From assembly GCA_040751795.1 (NCBI GenBank), contig JBFMHR010000001.1:192001-256000 (forward strand): a stretch of DNA of 64,000 bases, in the 5' to 3' direction. Made by a program: the position numbers and the translations under genes. The notes under the pieces were generated by a model that had not been told where the DNA came from, searched no databases, and saw nothing but the letters and a program-made list of their open reading frames with translations. Origin of the DNA: Thermoplasmatota archaeon (GTDB lineage: Archaea; Thermoplasmatota; Thermoplasmata; UBA10834). Below, in pieces: positions 27,395-37,187 of this stretch (its first letter is position 1; each line of letters starts with the position of its first letter).

Positions 27395-28824
27395 CCGAAC
27401 CCGTCCATGAAGTGGATCATGAACTTCTCGGCCTCCGCCAGGCCGGCGACCTTCCTGTTCCCCTGGAGCACCATGTACTCGTTCGGACTGTGCGCGAGGC
27501 TGCTGTGGCCCAGGCACCCCATCGTGAAGGGCAGGCCGAGCACCTTGTTGAACACGTAGAACGGGACCGCCCCGCCGCTCGTCGGCCAGACGTCCGGGTC
27601 GTGCCCGAAGGCCCGGTAGGAGGCGAGCATCGACTGCACTACCGGCTCCTTCACGCTGGCCCTGCAGCAGTCGTACCCGGTGTCGATCTCCCTCATCTCG
27701 ATGTCGCCGTAGCCGTGGCTGTCCAGGTGCTTCCTCACCAGCGGCATCATCTCGTCCTTCTCCTGGTCCGGCACCAGGCGGATGTCGATCTTGCACGTGG
27801 CCTCGTGCGGGAGGACCGTCTTGGAGCCCTTCTCGGTGTACCCGCCCCAGATGCCGTCGATGTTCAGGGTCGTCCCGAACACGAAGCGCTTTATCAGCGC
27901 CTCCGGGTCGTCCTCGGGCAGGGTGAACCTCTTGACCTTCATGACCGCCTTGTACGCCTTCGGGTCGAACCTCTCCGCGAGCCTCGCGATGAGCTCCTCG
28001 TCCTCCTCCGAGGGCGGTGCGACCTTGTCGTAGAACCCGTCGACCTTGACCCTGTTGCCGTTGTCCTCCGTCATCGTGCCGAGCGCGTCTATGAGCCGCC
28101 ACACGGGGCTGTCCACCCACGCCTTCTGGCCGCTGTGGATCGCGAACTCCTGCGGGCCCCTGCCCCACGCCTTGCCCGACGCCTTCAGCTCGAAGTACAC
28201 GACGCCCTTCACGCCGAGGCAGAAGTGGGCCTGCCCGTCGGCCTCCTGGCTGAAGTAGGGGAAGTAGCAGGCGTCTGCCCTGGACAGGCGCCTCTTGTCC
28301 TTCCTGACGTATGGCGGAAGGTTCGGGCTACCCAGCTCCTCCTCGCCCTCGGCAACGAGCAGGAGGTTCACCGGCGGCCTCCCGGCGCTCCTGTTGCACG
28401 CGTCGACCGAGTTCAGGAAGGCCGCGAGCGGGCCCTTGGTGTTGTCCGCGCCGCGGTTCACGATCGCCTTGACCTTGCCCGCTGGCAGCTGCTTGTCCAC
28501 CACCTTCGCGCCCATGGCCGGGTGGTCCCAGCCCGGCTCGTTGAACGGCATCGTGTCGTACATGAAGTAGCCGAGGAGCGTCCTGTCGGAGTCGCCCTTG
28601 CACTCGCCGTAGACGACGGGGTTCCCCTTCGTCCTGACGACCTCCACCTTCTCGCAGCCGACCTCCTCGTACAGCTTGGCGACGAGCTCGGCGCACTCCT
28701 GGATGCCTATGTCCTGCTGGCTGGAGCTCGGCTGCCTCAGCAGCCTCCTGACCCTCGACACGTGCCTCGGCATGTCCTTGTCGACCCGGGAGAACTCCTC
28801 CCTCAGAGACCCGTCGGCGCCCAT
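27382..28824 (-). CDS. M20/M25/M40 family metallo-hydrolase (dipeptidase-like) with atypical ligands
   Basis: GNPVVYGE, EGEEELGS, SKTVLP, DIRLVPDQ, HSPNE. Confidence 0.88.
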   Translation of the reverse strand: MGADGSLREEFSRVDKDMPRHVSRVRRLLRQPSSSQQDIGIQECAELVAKLYEEVGCEKVEVVRTKGNPVVYGECKGDSDRTLLGYFMYDTMPFNEPGWDHPAMGAKVVDKQLPAGKVKAIVNRGADNTKGPLAAFLNSVDACNRSAGRPPVNLLLVAEGEEELGSPNLPPYVRKDKRRLSRADACYFPYFSQEADGQAHFCLGVKGVVYFELKASGKAWGRGPQEFAIHSGQKAWVDSPVWRLIDALGTMTEDNGNRVKVDGFYDKVAPPSEEDEELIARLAERFDPKAYKAVMKVKRFTLPEDDPEALIKRFVFGTTLNIDGIWGGYTEKGSKTVLPHEATCKIDIRLVPDQEKDEMMPLVRKHLDSHGYGDIEMREIDTGYDCCRASVKEPVVQSMLASYRAFGHDPDVWPTSGGAVPFYVFNKVLGLPFTMGCLGHSSLAHSPNEYMVLQGNRKVAGLAEAEKFMIHFMDGFGHSG

Positions 28825-28913
28825 GTTATCGCCCGCGTCATCCTCCAGCGGCACTATATGTTTTGCCCACGCGGGCAAAGCCAACAAATACATGCAACGC
28901 ATGCGAGCACTCG

Positions 28914-29537
28914 ATGGCGTTCGAGTTCCTCGTCGTGTTCATCCCGATGTTCATTGTCATAGACCCGTTCGGGGTCATGCCGATCTACCTCGTCCTCACG
29001 AGGACCATGGCGCCCCCCGAGAGGTCGAAGACGCTCAGGTACGCCATAACCTTCGGCGCGTGCCTGCTCGTGGCCTTCGCGCTGCTCGGGAAGGCCATCC
29101 TCGACTACCTGTCCGTGTCCATAGACGCCCTGCGCATCGCGGGAGGGCTCCTCCTCCTGGTCATCGGCGTGGTCATGCTCTACGAGGGCGACACCCCGAG
29201 GTCCAGGCGGAAGGGGGCGGAGGAGCCGGACGAGGAGCCCCACACCCCGGAGGACGTCGCCTTCGTGCCCCTGGGGACGCCCATGCTCGCCGGGCCAGGG
29301 GCGATATCCGTGGTCATAGCCCTCACCGGGACCTCGGACATGTACATGGTCCTCCTCTCCCTCGCGACCGTCATGGCCATTACCGCGCTGATGCTGTGGA
29401 AGGTGGACCTCGTCTTCAAGGTCATCGGGAACGCGGGCACCAGGGCCCTCACGAGGGTCATGGGCCTGATAACCTCCGCCTACGCGGTCCAGATGATACT
29501 GGACGGCATAGCCGGGTACGTCGCCTCGATAGCGTGA
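28914..29537 (+). CDS. MarC family membrane protein
   Basis: DPFG--P, RIAGGLLL, VPLGTPMLAGPGAI, TRVMGLI. Confidence 0.92.
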   Translation: MAFEFLVVFIPMFIVIDPFGVMPIYLVLTRTMAPPERSKTLRYAITFGACLLVAFALLGKAILDYLSVSIDALRIAGGLLLLVIGVVMLYEGDTPRSRRKGAEEPDEEPHTPEDVAFVPLGTPMLAGPGAISVVIALTGTSDMYMVLLSLATVMAITALMLWKVDLVFKVIGNAGTRALTRVMGLITSAYAVQMILDGIAGYVASIA

Positions 29538-29568
29538 GACCCCTCCAGGGAGAGGCGCGCTCACGTCC

Positions 29569-30480
29569 TCATGTGTGGCTCACCGCGGGGGGCTCCCCCT
29601 GATGGCCGGTCGATGCGACGAGGTACACCGCGGCGAGGATCAGCGCGGCGCCCACGATGGCCAGCTGTTCGAGCGTCTCCTCCAGGAGGAATATCGATAT
29701 GGCGAGGGCCGTGACTATCTCGACGAGCATTATCGTCGCCGACGCGGTCGCGGACACGCCCTCGAGGCCCATGGCCCAGAGGAGCGTCGCGGTGGATGTG
29801 CACGCGATGGCCAGGTAGGCTATCGCCACCCACGCCATCGGCTCGAGCGAGAAGTCAGCGCCAGTCGCGCCCAGGTATGACACCGGCCCCATGAGCCACA
29901 CCGTCGCGGTCACGATCGCGGCCGTGCTTATCTCGACGGCGGAGTACCTCGAGAGGAGGGTCTTGTTCAGGACGATGAAGAAGGCCCATCCCCAGCCCGA
30001 CATGTAGACGACCGCGTCGCCGAGGAACTCCTCCTCGGCGAAGGAGAAGCCTCCGTCCACCGTCAGCATGACGACGCCCGCGATGCCCGCCAAGACCCCT
30101 GCGAGCTGCACCCTGTTCAGCCGCTCCCTGAACACGAAGTACGACACGATGGCGACGGCGATGACGTTGATGTCCACGAGGAGCGCGGTCTTGGAGGCGG
30201 TGGTCATCGTCTGGCCTACGTACTGCGCCACGAAGGAGCCCGCGTTCAGCCCCCCGACGACCCAGAGGAGCGGGTCCTTCAGGACCCTGAAGTGGAACCT
30301 CTTCAGGAGGAGGACGATGGCGAGCGTCGCCGCCGAGGCGACGATGAACCTCAGCCAGAGGAAGTAGACGTCGTTCCCGGCGTAGCCGAGGCCCCACTTG
30401 ACCCCGGGGAACGACGTGCCCCATATGAGGCTCGCGAACACCGTGAGCGTTATGGCGTTGCGCTTGTCCCTCGGAGGCAT
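29569..30480 (-). CDS. EamA/DMT family transporter
   Basis: IWGTSF, FRERL, two 5-TM repeats, LLEETL. Confidence 0.9.
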   Translation of the reverse strand: MPPRDKRNAITLTVFASLIWGTSFPGVKWGLGYAGNDVYFLWLRFIVASAATLAIVLLLKRFHFRVLKDPLLWVVGGLNAGSFVAQYVGQTMTTASKTALLVDINVIAVAIVSYFVFRERLNRVQLAGVLAGIAGVVMLTVDGGFSFAEEEFLGDAVVYMSGWGWAFFIVLNKTLLSRYSAVEISTAAIVTATVWLMGPVSYLGATGADFSLEPMAWVAIAYLAIACTSTATLLWAMGLEGVSATASATIMLVEIVTALAISIFLLEETLEQLAIVGAALILAAVYLVASTGHQGEPPAVSHT

Positions 30481-30522
30481 GCACGTCGGAGATTGTGGGC
30501 GGGTATTAGAACCCTCCCCCGC

Positions 30523-32223
30523 CTACTTCGACTGCTCCTTGGGCAGGTCCACGTGGAACACGCTGCCCTTGCCGACCTGGCTCTCGACCCACAGCCTCCC
30601 GCCGTGCGACTCGACGATGCCCTTGGCTATGGGCAGGCTGAGGCCTATCCTGTCGACCTGGTGGGCGAGGTCGTCCTTGGCCACGATGTAGAACCTGTCG
30701 AATATGCGCCCGAGGTTCTCGAGGGGGATGCCTATCCCGTTGTCCTTGACCCATGCGTGGACTATCCTCCCCTCGTCCCTGCAGCCCACCTGGATCCTCC
30801 CGCCCTCCTCGGTGTACTTGATGGCGTTGTCGATCAGGTTGTTGAAGACGTCGCGCATCCTCCGGCGGTCGGCCATGACCACGGGGATGGCGCCGTCGAC
30901 CGAGAGGGACATGGACTGCTTCTTCTCCTCGGCGTCCTTCGCCCTGTCGCCCACCACGTCCTCGAGTATGGCGTCGACCCTGACCGGCTCCGGATGGATC
31001 TCGAGCGTGCCCTTCTCGAGCCTGCTGATGTCCAGCATGCTCTCCACCAGGGCGTACAGCTTGTCGGTGTTGGCCTTGATGATCTTGAGCCTCTGGGCGA
31101 ACCTCTGGTCGAGCTTCGGGCCGTACTCGCCCTCGACCAGGTCCACGTACCCCCTCATCACCGTGAGGGGCGTCCTGAGTTCGTGGGAGACCACGTCGAT
31201 GAACTGGGTCTTCATCTTCGTGACCCGTTCCAGCTCCTGGTAGGTCTGGGTGAGCTTCTCATAGGACCTCTCGAGCTGGCTCTCCAGGCGGACCTTGGAG
31301 GTCGTGTCCATCGCGACGAGGACCACGTCCTCGACCTCCCCGCGCTCCGACAGCAGGGGCGCCACCTTGACGTGCAGGTAGAACGCCTTGTCCTGCCGGG
31401 GGACGTAGTGGAGGTCCACCTTCTCGGCCGGGTGGCCCTCCATGCCCTGTATCACCAGGGCGTCAAGGCCCGACCTGTGCACGGCGGGAATCTCGAAGAT
31501 GCTCGTCCCGACGAGGTCCCCCTCAGCCTTCCTCTCGAAGACCTTGAGCATCTGCATGTTGACCGACTGGATGATGCCCTTCGGGTCGAGGGACATGATG
31601 CCTATGGGGGCGATGGAGAGGATCCTGTGGTTCTCCTCCTCGCTGCGGCGGACCATCGACTCGGAGCGGGCGCTGTCGACCGCCATCCCCATGTAGTCCG
31701 CGAGGGACATCGCCGCGCTCTCTGCGTCCGCATCGAAGGCGGGCCGCCCATCCTTGTTGGCGAGCACGAGGTACCCGAGGACCTTGCCCCTGAACACGAC
31801 GGAGATCACCATCGCGCTCGACGCCCCGTACTTCTCCATGATCTGCCTGGCGGCCGGCGGCGCCTTGTCGAGCGACTCCCAGACCAGGGCGTTGGACCTG
31901 GACCCCTCCGCCATCATCGAGCGCATGGATATGTCGGGGACGTACGCGCCGAAGTCGGCGGGCGACACCTCCCTGACGCCCGATGCCCCGACGAGCCTCA
32001 TGTGCATCCCGTCGATGTCGAGGAGCACGACGGCCGCGTAGTCCGCCCCCGACATCTCGCGCAGGCCGTCCGCCACGAGAGAGAATGACTCGTCCGAGAT
32101 GCCGGCCTCGTGGAGGCGGTCGTTCAGCCTCTGGATGACATCGAGCAGAAGGAGTCTCTTGTCTCTTGCGTCGGGCAAACCTGTTGTCCTCCGGGGGTGG
32201 AGAGGCTGTGCGGCCTCCTCCAA
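30523..32223 (-). CDS. Cytoplasmic GAF-PAS sensor histidine kinase
   Basis: GAF (LANK..F), PAS, H-box SHELRTPLT, N-box NLIDNAIKY, DNGIGI, IFDRFY; start uncertain. Confidence 0.9.
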   Translation of the reverse strand: MEEAAQPLHPRRTTGLPDARDKRLLLLDVIQRLNDRLHEAGISDESFSLVADGLREMSGADYAAVVLLDIDGMHMRLVGASGVREVSPADFGAYVPDISMRSMMAEGSRSNALVWESLDKAPPAARQIMEKYGASSAMVISVVFRGKVLGYLVLANKDGRPAFDADAESAAMSLADYMGMAVDSARSESMVRRSEEENHRILSIAPIGIMSLDPKGIIQSVNMQMLKVFERKAEGDLVGTSIFEIPAVHRSGLDALVIQGMEGHPAEKVDLHYVPRQDKAFYLHVKVAPLLSERGEVEDVVLVAMDTTSKVRLESQLERSYEKLTQTYQELERVTKMKTQFIDVVSHELRTPLTVMRGYVDLVEGEYGPKLDQRFAQRLKIIKANTDKLYALVESMLDISRLEKGTLEIHPEPVRVDAILEDVVGDRAKDAEEKKQSMSLSVDGAIPVVMADRRRMRDVFNNLIDNAIKYTEEGGRIQVGCRDEGRIVHAWVKDNGIGIPLENLGRIFDRFYIVAKDDLAHQVDRIGLSLPIAKGIVESHGGRLWVESQVGKGSVFHVDLPKEQSK

Positions 32224-32275
32224 CGGCGTTCACGATAGATAAGACGTTCGCAGCGGGCCCGGGGGAGGGCGTAGC

Positions 32276-32827
32276 ATGAAGTGCCCTGAGCCTCATCCGG
32301 GGGCGATGACGACGCGGAAGGCCGGCGACAGGAGGCCGAGCGTGGCCCAGGGCGCCTACGTGGACGAGAGCGCCCTCCTCATCGGCGGCGTCACCATAAG
32401 GAGGCGCGCGAGCGTGTGGCCGTGCGCCCTGTTGCGCGGGGACGACGACGATGTGGAGGTCGGGGAGGGCTCTGCCATCATGGACATGGCCTTCGCGGAG
32501 GCGCCGAGGGGCCGCCCGGTCAGGGTGGGCAAGGGCTGCCTGGTCTCGCACGGGGCGCGGCTGCACGGGTGCACCGTGGAGGAGGGGTCCCTCATAGGGA
32601 TCGGGGCGATAGTCCTCGACGGGGCCGTGATAGGCAGGGGCAGCATCGTGGCCGCCGGGAGCCTCGTGCCCCCCGGGAAGGCCGTCCCCCCGGGGTCGGT
32701 GGCCGTCGGCTCGCCTGCCGCGGTGGCGAGGCAGGCGACGGACGAGGACCGGGCCCTCGTGAGGTCGGAGCTGGAGGCCGTCCAGGCCAAGGCGGAGAGG
32801 TACTCCCGCAGCAGGGGCATCCGCTGA
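32276..32827 (+). CDS. Gamma-carbonic anhydrase-like left-handed beta-helix protein
   Basis: LRGD, SHGARLHGC, IGIGAIVLDGAVIG, GSPA. Confidence 0.88.
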   Translation: MKCPEPHPGAMTTRKAGDRRPSVAQGAYVDESALLIGGVTIRRRASVWPCALLRGDDDDVEVGEGSAIMDMAFAEAPRGRPVRVGKGCLVSHGARLHGCTVEEGSLIGIGAIVLDGAVIGRGSIVAAGSLVPPGKAVPPGSVAVGSPAAVARQATDEDRALVRSELEAVQAKAERYSRSRGIR

Positions 32828-32971
32828 CGGGGCCGGGGGGCCCCGCGCGCGAGTCAGTATCAATAGCGAGAACGTCCTGCAACGACTTTATATACGCCGA
32901 AGACGATTGATTTGCCAGCCCAAGCCCCCCATAGCGACGACTGGAATCAGGGAACGAACAGGTGGACAGCC

Positions 32972-33070
32972 TTGGAGATACACTTCAGCAAGCCGGTTGT
33001 GGCGAGGGTGCGGAAGTGCCGCACCGTGGTCGTGAGGGCCAAGCGCTCGGCCGACGAAGACAGGAGATAG
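32972..33070 (+). CDS. Putative 32-aa small basic protein MEIHFSKPVVARVRKCRTVVVRAKRSADEDRR
   Basis: TTTATATA box at 32887-32894, RBS AGGTGG, TTG start, TAG stop; below the ORF-track cutoff. Confidence 0.5.
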   Translation: MEIHFSKPVVARVRKCRTVVVRAKRSADEDRR

Positions 33071-33223
33071 GCCCTCGGCCCGCGCGTGGCGTTGTAGTCA
33101 TCCCGTACATCCCCAGCCCGGGCCCTGGGGCGCGCCCGCACGGGCGCGCGCGCACCATATTTATAAGTCCGGCCCGAAAAATATATACCCGCCGGACGCC
33201 CATACACTGGCCGAGGGATGCAA

Positions 33224-33595
33224 ATGGCATCTGGACAACCGATGGGCCCTGCGCCTCAGGGTCAGTATCCGGGATACGCGCCAGTCTACCAGCCCGCGCA
33301 CAAGCAGCCGATCGAATACCTGAGACCGGTGGTCTCCGACGTCCTCCTAGCGCTGGGGCTCGTCGTCGGTCTGTTCCTGCTAATGCTGGGATGGATCATA
33401 TTCGGCGTGGCGGACACGGGCGCCGGAAGGGACGCAGGCCAGGTCGTCAAGTCGCTGGGCCTCTTCGTCCTGACCGCGGTGATGCTCCTCGGCGGGCTCA
33501 TCAGGGTGGACATGGAGAAGTGGGTCAGGTCGTCGCTGATTATCGGCGCGGTCCTGCTCATCTCGTGGGTCGGCTTCTGGACGATATACTACTGA
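33224..33595 (+). CDS. Hypothetical 3-TM membrane protein with Pro/Gln/Tyr-rich N-terminus
   Basis: Own TATA box (33180-33187), RBS, three hydrophobic helices. Confidence 0.75.
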   Translation: MASGQPMGPAPQGQYPGYAPVYQPAHKQPIEYLRPVVSDVLLALGLVVGLFLLMLGWIIFGVADTGAGRDAGQVVKSLGLFVLTAVMLLGGLIRVDMEKWVRSSLIIGAVLLISWVGFWTIYY

Positions 33596-33628
33596 GCCCG
33601 CACATCGTCGGGACCGGCCTCAAACCCC

Positions 33629-33934
33629 TCACTTTCTGACCTCTTTCCCCACCTTCTCCTCGACCGAAGCCACCTTCCTGTCGATCATGCCCGAGGCGCC
33701 CCTCCGGTCGTCGACCTTGACGGTCGTTATGACCCTCGATGCCATGCCCATCACCCTCATGTGGCACTCCCTCACGACCGCCATGACGGAGTCGTAGTCG
33801 CCCTCCACGACGGTCCCCATCGGGTTGAGCCTGTAGGGGAGGCCCGAGGCCTCGACCACCCTGATGCACTCCGCCACGTACTGGCTCACGCTCTCCCCCT
33901 TGCCTATCGGGACGACGCTGAACTCCGCGAGCAA
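33629..33934 (-). CDS. MTH1187/YqgV (DUF77) thiamine-binding family protein
   Basis: AEFSVVPIG, SVSQYVA, LNPMGTVVEG, KVDDRR; TTG start with RBS GGAGG. Confidence 0.9.
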   Translation of the reverse strand: MLAEFSVVPIGKGESVSQYVAECIRVVEASGLPYRLNPMGTVVEGDYDSVMAVVRECHMRVMGMASRVITTVKVDDRRGASGMIDRKVASVEEKVGKEVRK

Positions 33935-34100
33935 CTCGATGCCTCCGTACAACTCTGTCCATCGGCCGCAGGGGGGCCGGGCCCACTGACCCGTCCTTCC
34001 CAGGCGGCCGGCGGTTGAACGCCAATCTATTTATACGGGCGAAATCTAAATGAATCTTCCTGTAAGTCGCGCGATTCTCGGTTTTCGGGGCTGGTATGTC

Positions 34101-34544
34101 ATGAAGAGGCGAGGGGAGTCTTTGAATGTTATTACCAAGCTGAAGAAGTCGGACGCGGAGCCCGCGGGGAGCACGCTCACCGTCGAGCACCTCACCAAGG
34201 CGATCAAGAACAGCATCGACAAGCAGGGGATGCCCGAGGAGGAGGCCAGGGCGATGGCCCAGCACGTCATGAACTTCTTCGGCTACAGCGAGAGGATCAT
34301 TGACAACGTGCTCGAGCCCGAGGACCGCGACGCCTTCTACATGCTCGAGGACGCGGGGATACTGGTCACCGAGCGCGAGGAGACCACCCTGTACGACGGC
34401 CGCGAGTGGCGCATCCACTACTGGATGTTCCGCAAGGACCGAATCCACGAGCTCATCTCGGGCCGCGGGAGGGGCGCCTCCGCGGACGGGGAGCTCAACA
34501 GCGTCTACGACGAGATACCCGACGACATCTGGACCCGCGAGTAG
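34101..34544 (+). CDS. DUF6015-like conserved Thermoplasmata protein
   Basis: FFGYSERIIDNVLEPEDRDAFYMLED..REWRIHYW recognised from memory; start may be TTG 34122. Confidence 0.75.
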   Translation: MKRRGESLNVITKLKKSDAEPAGSTLTVEHLTKAIKNSIDKQGMPEEEARAMAQHVMNFFGYSERIIDNVLEPEDRDAFYMLEDAGILVTEREETTLYDGREWRIHYWMFRKDRIHELISGRGRGASADGELNSVYDEIPDDIWTRE

Positions 34545-34610
34545 GCGACCTCTACTTTCGCGGAGCCCGTGCAAAGCCATTTGACCAGAGCACGCCCTGG
34601 CACCCGGCGG

Positions 34611-36557
34611 ATGGCATCGGCGGTGTTCCCATACGCCCCCAGGCCGGGCCAGGAGGCGCTCATGCAGGCCGTGGCCTCGGCCTGCGAGACGCGCTCCCAC
34701 ACCGTCATAGAGAGCGGCACCGGGACGGGCAAGACGGTCTGCGCCCTGACGGCCTGCGTCGAGCAGTGCCGGTCCAGGGGGAAGAAGCTCCTCTACCTCA
34801 CCAGGACCAACTCCCAGCAGAGGCAGGTCATGCTCGAGCTGCGCATGATCTCCGCGAGGCACAGGGTGTTCGGGGTCGCCCTCCAGGGGAGGAGGAACAT
34901 GTGCCCCCTCGCCGCCACGGACGAGGAGCTGAGCAAGGGGAACCCCGAGGAGCTCTCCAAGGTCTGCAGCGAGCGGAAGGCGCGGGTGCTCAAGGGGGAC
35001 GAGGATGCGTGCAGGTTCTACGCCGCCACCATCACGGACGACCTCTCCCCCGTGCTGAGGTGGGCCAGGGACGAGCTGCCCACGGCCGAGGAGTTCGTTG
35101 ACCACTGCATCGACAGGGACCTCTGCCCCTACGAGGTCTGCAAGCTGCACGTCCCCGCGGCGGACGTCGTCACGGCCCCGTACATCATGTTCTTCGACAG
35201 GTTCATCAGGCACGCCCTCCTGGACTGGATGGCCTGCGCCCCCTCGGACGTCGTGGTCCTCGTGGACGAGGCGCACAACCTGCCCTCCTACGCCAGGGAG
35301 CTCGAGTCCGCGGACCTCAGCGACGTCACCCTGAGGCTGGCCCACAGGGAGATAGACGAGTTCGGGGACCCGGAGGTGGCCGAGGGGACGAGCCTCCGCG
35401 ACTTCGTGGGGATGCTGGAGGAGGTGCTGGACAAGGCCGTCGCCGAGTACCTCGTGGACGAGGACGGGATCATACCCCAGTCCTTCGTCGAGGAGGAGCT
35501 CATGTTCGGCACGCACCTCACGAGCAGGGGGGTCCGCGGGCTCATATCCCAGGCCGCCAACTTCGGCGAGATGGTCCGGGACAGCAAGAAGCTCGCGGGG
35601 AGGCTCCCGAGGTCCTACGTCTTCGGGGCGTCCAACTTCCTCGCGTTCTGGCACCAGCTCGACGAGGAGGAGTACATCAAGCTCGTGGCGGCGGGGGAGG
35701 CGAAGGCGCTCGAGGCGTACTGCCTCGACGCGTCCATAGCGTGCAGGCCCCTCATGGAGTGCCACACCAGCATACACATGTCCGGGACCCTGAGGCCCCT
35801 CGACGACTACCGCGACTCGATCGGCCTCCCCAGGGACTCCCGGCTCGTGGACGTCCCCTCCCCCTTCCCGCCCGGGAACAGGCTCGTGCTCTACTCCGAC
35901 GACGTCACCACCAAGCACGACGACATAGCGAGGGACGACACCCTCCTGGACAGGATGTCCGACCGCATATCCGGGGTGCTGTCCCAGGTGCCGAGGAGCA
36001 CCATAGTGTTCTACCCGTCCTACGCGCTCATGGAGCGCATCGCCGGCAGGACCGCCGGGGCCTCCCGGGGCAGGGAGGTGTTCCTCGAGACGCGCGGGAT
36101 GGACCAGGCGGAGCTGATGGACGCGGTCCGCGGCTTCAAGTCGTCCTCGGGCAGGGCGGTGATGCACGCCATCGCCGGGGGCCGCGTGAGCGAGGGCCTG
36201 GACTTCCCCGGGTCGGAGATGGAGGTCGCCCTGGTCGCCGGCATACCCTATCCCAAGCCCACCGCGAAGCAGAGGGCCCTCCAGCACTTCTGCGAGCTGA
36301 GGTTCGGCGACGGGTGGGCCCACGCGGTCCAGGCGCCGACGAGCAGGAAGCTGCAGCAGGCCATAGGGAGGCTGATCAGGAGCGAGACGGACAGGGGCGT
36401 CGCGCTCGTCCTGGACAAGAGGATCGTCCACTTCAGGGACACCATCGGGGCCAGGCGCACGGACGACCCCGTCGCGGAGATGAGGGAGTTCTTCTCGTCC
36501 CCGCAGGAGCGGGCCCCCGAGCCGCCCCGGAAGGTGCGCAGGGGCCTCCAGCTCTGA
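34611..36557 (+). CDS. xpd: XPD/Rad3-family Fe-S DNA helicase
   Basis: RPGQ, SGTGTGKT, four Cys, CPYE, DEAHNL, MSGTL, SEGLDF, QAIGRLIR. Confidence 0.93.
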   Translation: MASAVFPYAPRPGQEALMQAVASACETRSHTVIESGTGTGKTVCALTACVEQCRSRGKKLLYLTRTNSQQRQVMLELRMISARHRVFGVALQGRRNMCPLAATDEELSKGNPEELSKVCSERKARVLKGDEDACRFYAATITDDLSPVLRWARDELPTAEEFVDHCIDRDLCPYEVCKLHVPAADVVTAPYIMFFDRFIRHALLDWMACAPSDVVVLVDEAHNLPSYARELESADLSDVTLRLAHREIDEFGDPEVAEGTSLRDFVGMLEEVLDKAVAEYLVDEDGIIPQSFVEEELMFGTHLTSRGVRGLISQAANFGEMVRDSKKLAGRLPRSYVFGASNFLAFWHQLDEEEYIKLVAAGEAKALEAYCLDASIACRPLMECHTSIHMSGTLRPLDDYRDSIGLPRDSRLVDVPSPFPPGNRLVLYSDDVTTKHDDIARDDTLLDRMSDRISGVLSQVPRSTIVFYPSYALMERIAGRTAGASRGREVFLETRGMDQAELMDAVRGFKSSSGRAVMHAIAGGRVSEGLDFPGSEMEVALVAGIPYPKPTAKQRALQHFCELRFGDGWAHAVQAPTSRKLQQAIGRLIRSETDRGVALVLDKRIVHFRDTIGARRTDDPVAEMREFFSSPQERAPEPPRKVRRGLQL

Positions 36558-36612
36558 CCGCCGATAGCCGCGGAGGCGCCATTATAATACACCTCTGCGA
36601 TATGCCCCCCGG

Positions 36613-37176
36613 ATGTCGCTCTTGGAGGCCGTGCTGGCAGGCATCTGGCTGATGCTCCCGGCGCTCGTGCCCAACTCCGCCGCCGTGCTCTTCGGCGGGG
36701 GGACGCCCATGGACTTCGGCAGGAGCTGGCGGGGCAAGAGGGTCCTCGGCGACGGCAAGACCTGGAGGGGCTACTTCGGCGGCGCGCTCACAGGCCTGGG
36801 CGTCGGGGCCCTGCAGATCATGCTGACCGAGCTCCTGAGCGACCCGGACAGGTTCGGCTACGGCGAACTCCCGTGGGCGGTGGCGATGGTCGCCGCGCTG
36901 AGCTTCGGGGCCATGACCGGCGACTGCGTCGGCTCCTTCCTCAAGAGGAGGTTCGGGGTGGGGCGCGGGGAGAAGGCCCCCGTCCTGGACCAGTACAACT
37001 TCGCGGTCGGGGCCATCGCGTTCGCCGTGCTCGCGGGGCCCGGCTGGTTCGAGGGGCACTACATCGAGGACGACGGGGTGTACGCCCTCCTCGCGTTCCT
37101 GGTGGTCGTCCCCCTGCTCCACAGGTCCGTGAACATCATAGGTTATAAGTTGGGCAAGAAGAATGTGCCATGGTAG
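36613..37176 (+). CDS. carS: CDP-2,3-bis-(O-geranylgeranyl)-sn-glycerol (CDP-archaeol) synthase
   Basis: PMDFG, GDGKTWRG, GD--GSFLKRR, LDQ, KNVPW terminus. Confidence 0.94.
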   Translation: MSLLEAVLAGIWLMLPALVPNSAAVLFGGGTPMDFGRSWRGKRVLGDGKTWRGYFGGALTGLGVGALQIMLTELLSDPDRFGYGELPWAVAMVAALSFGAMTGDCVGSFLKRRFGVGRGEKAPVLDQYNFAVGAIAFAVLAGPGWFEGHYIEDDGVYALLAFLVVVPLLHRSVNIIGYKLGKKNVPW

Positions 37177-37187
37177 GGGGCGCGCGC

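Noticed and set aside
32900-33150. Possible RNase P or SRP RNA
   Set aside because: Lacks the GAGGAAAGUCC P4 signature and the SRP helix 8 motif
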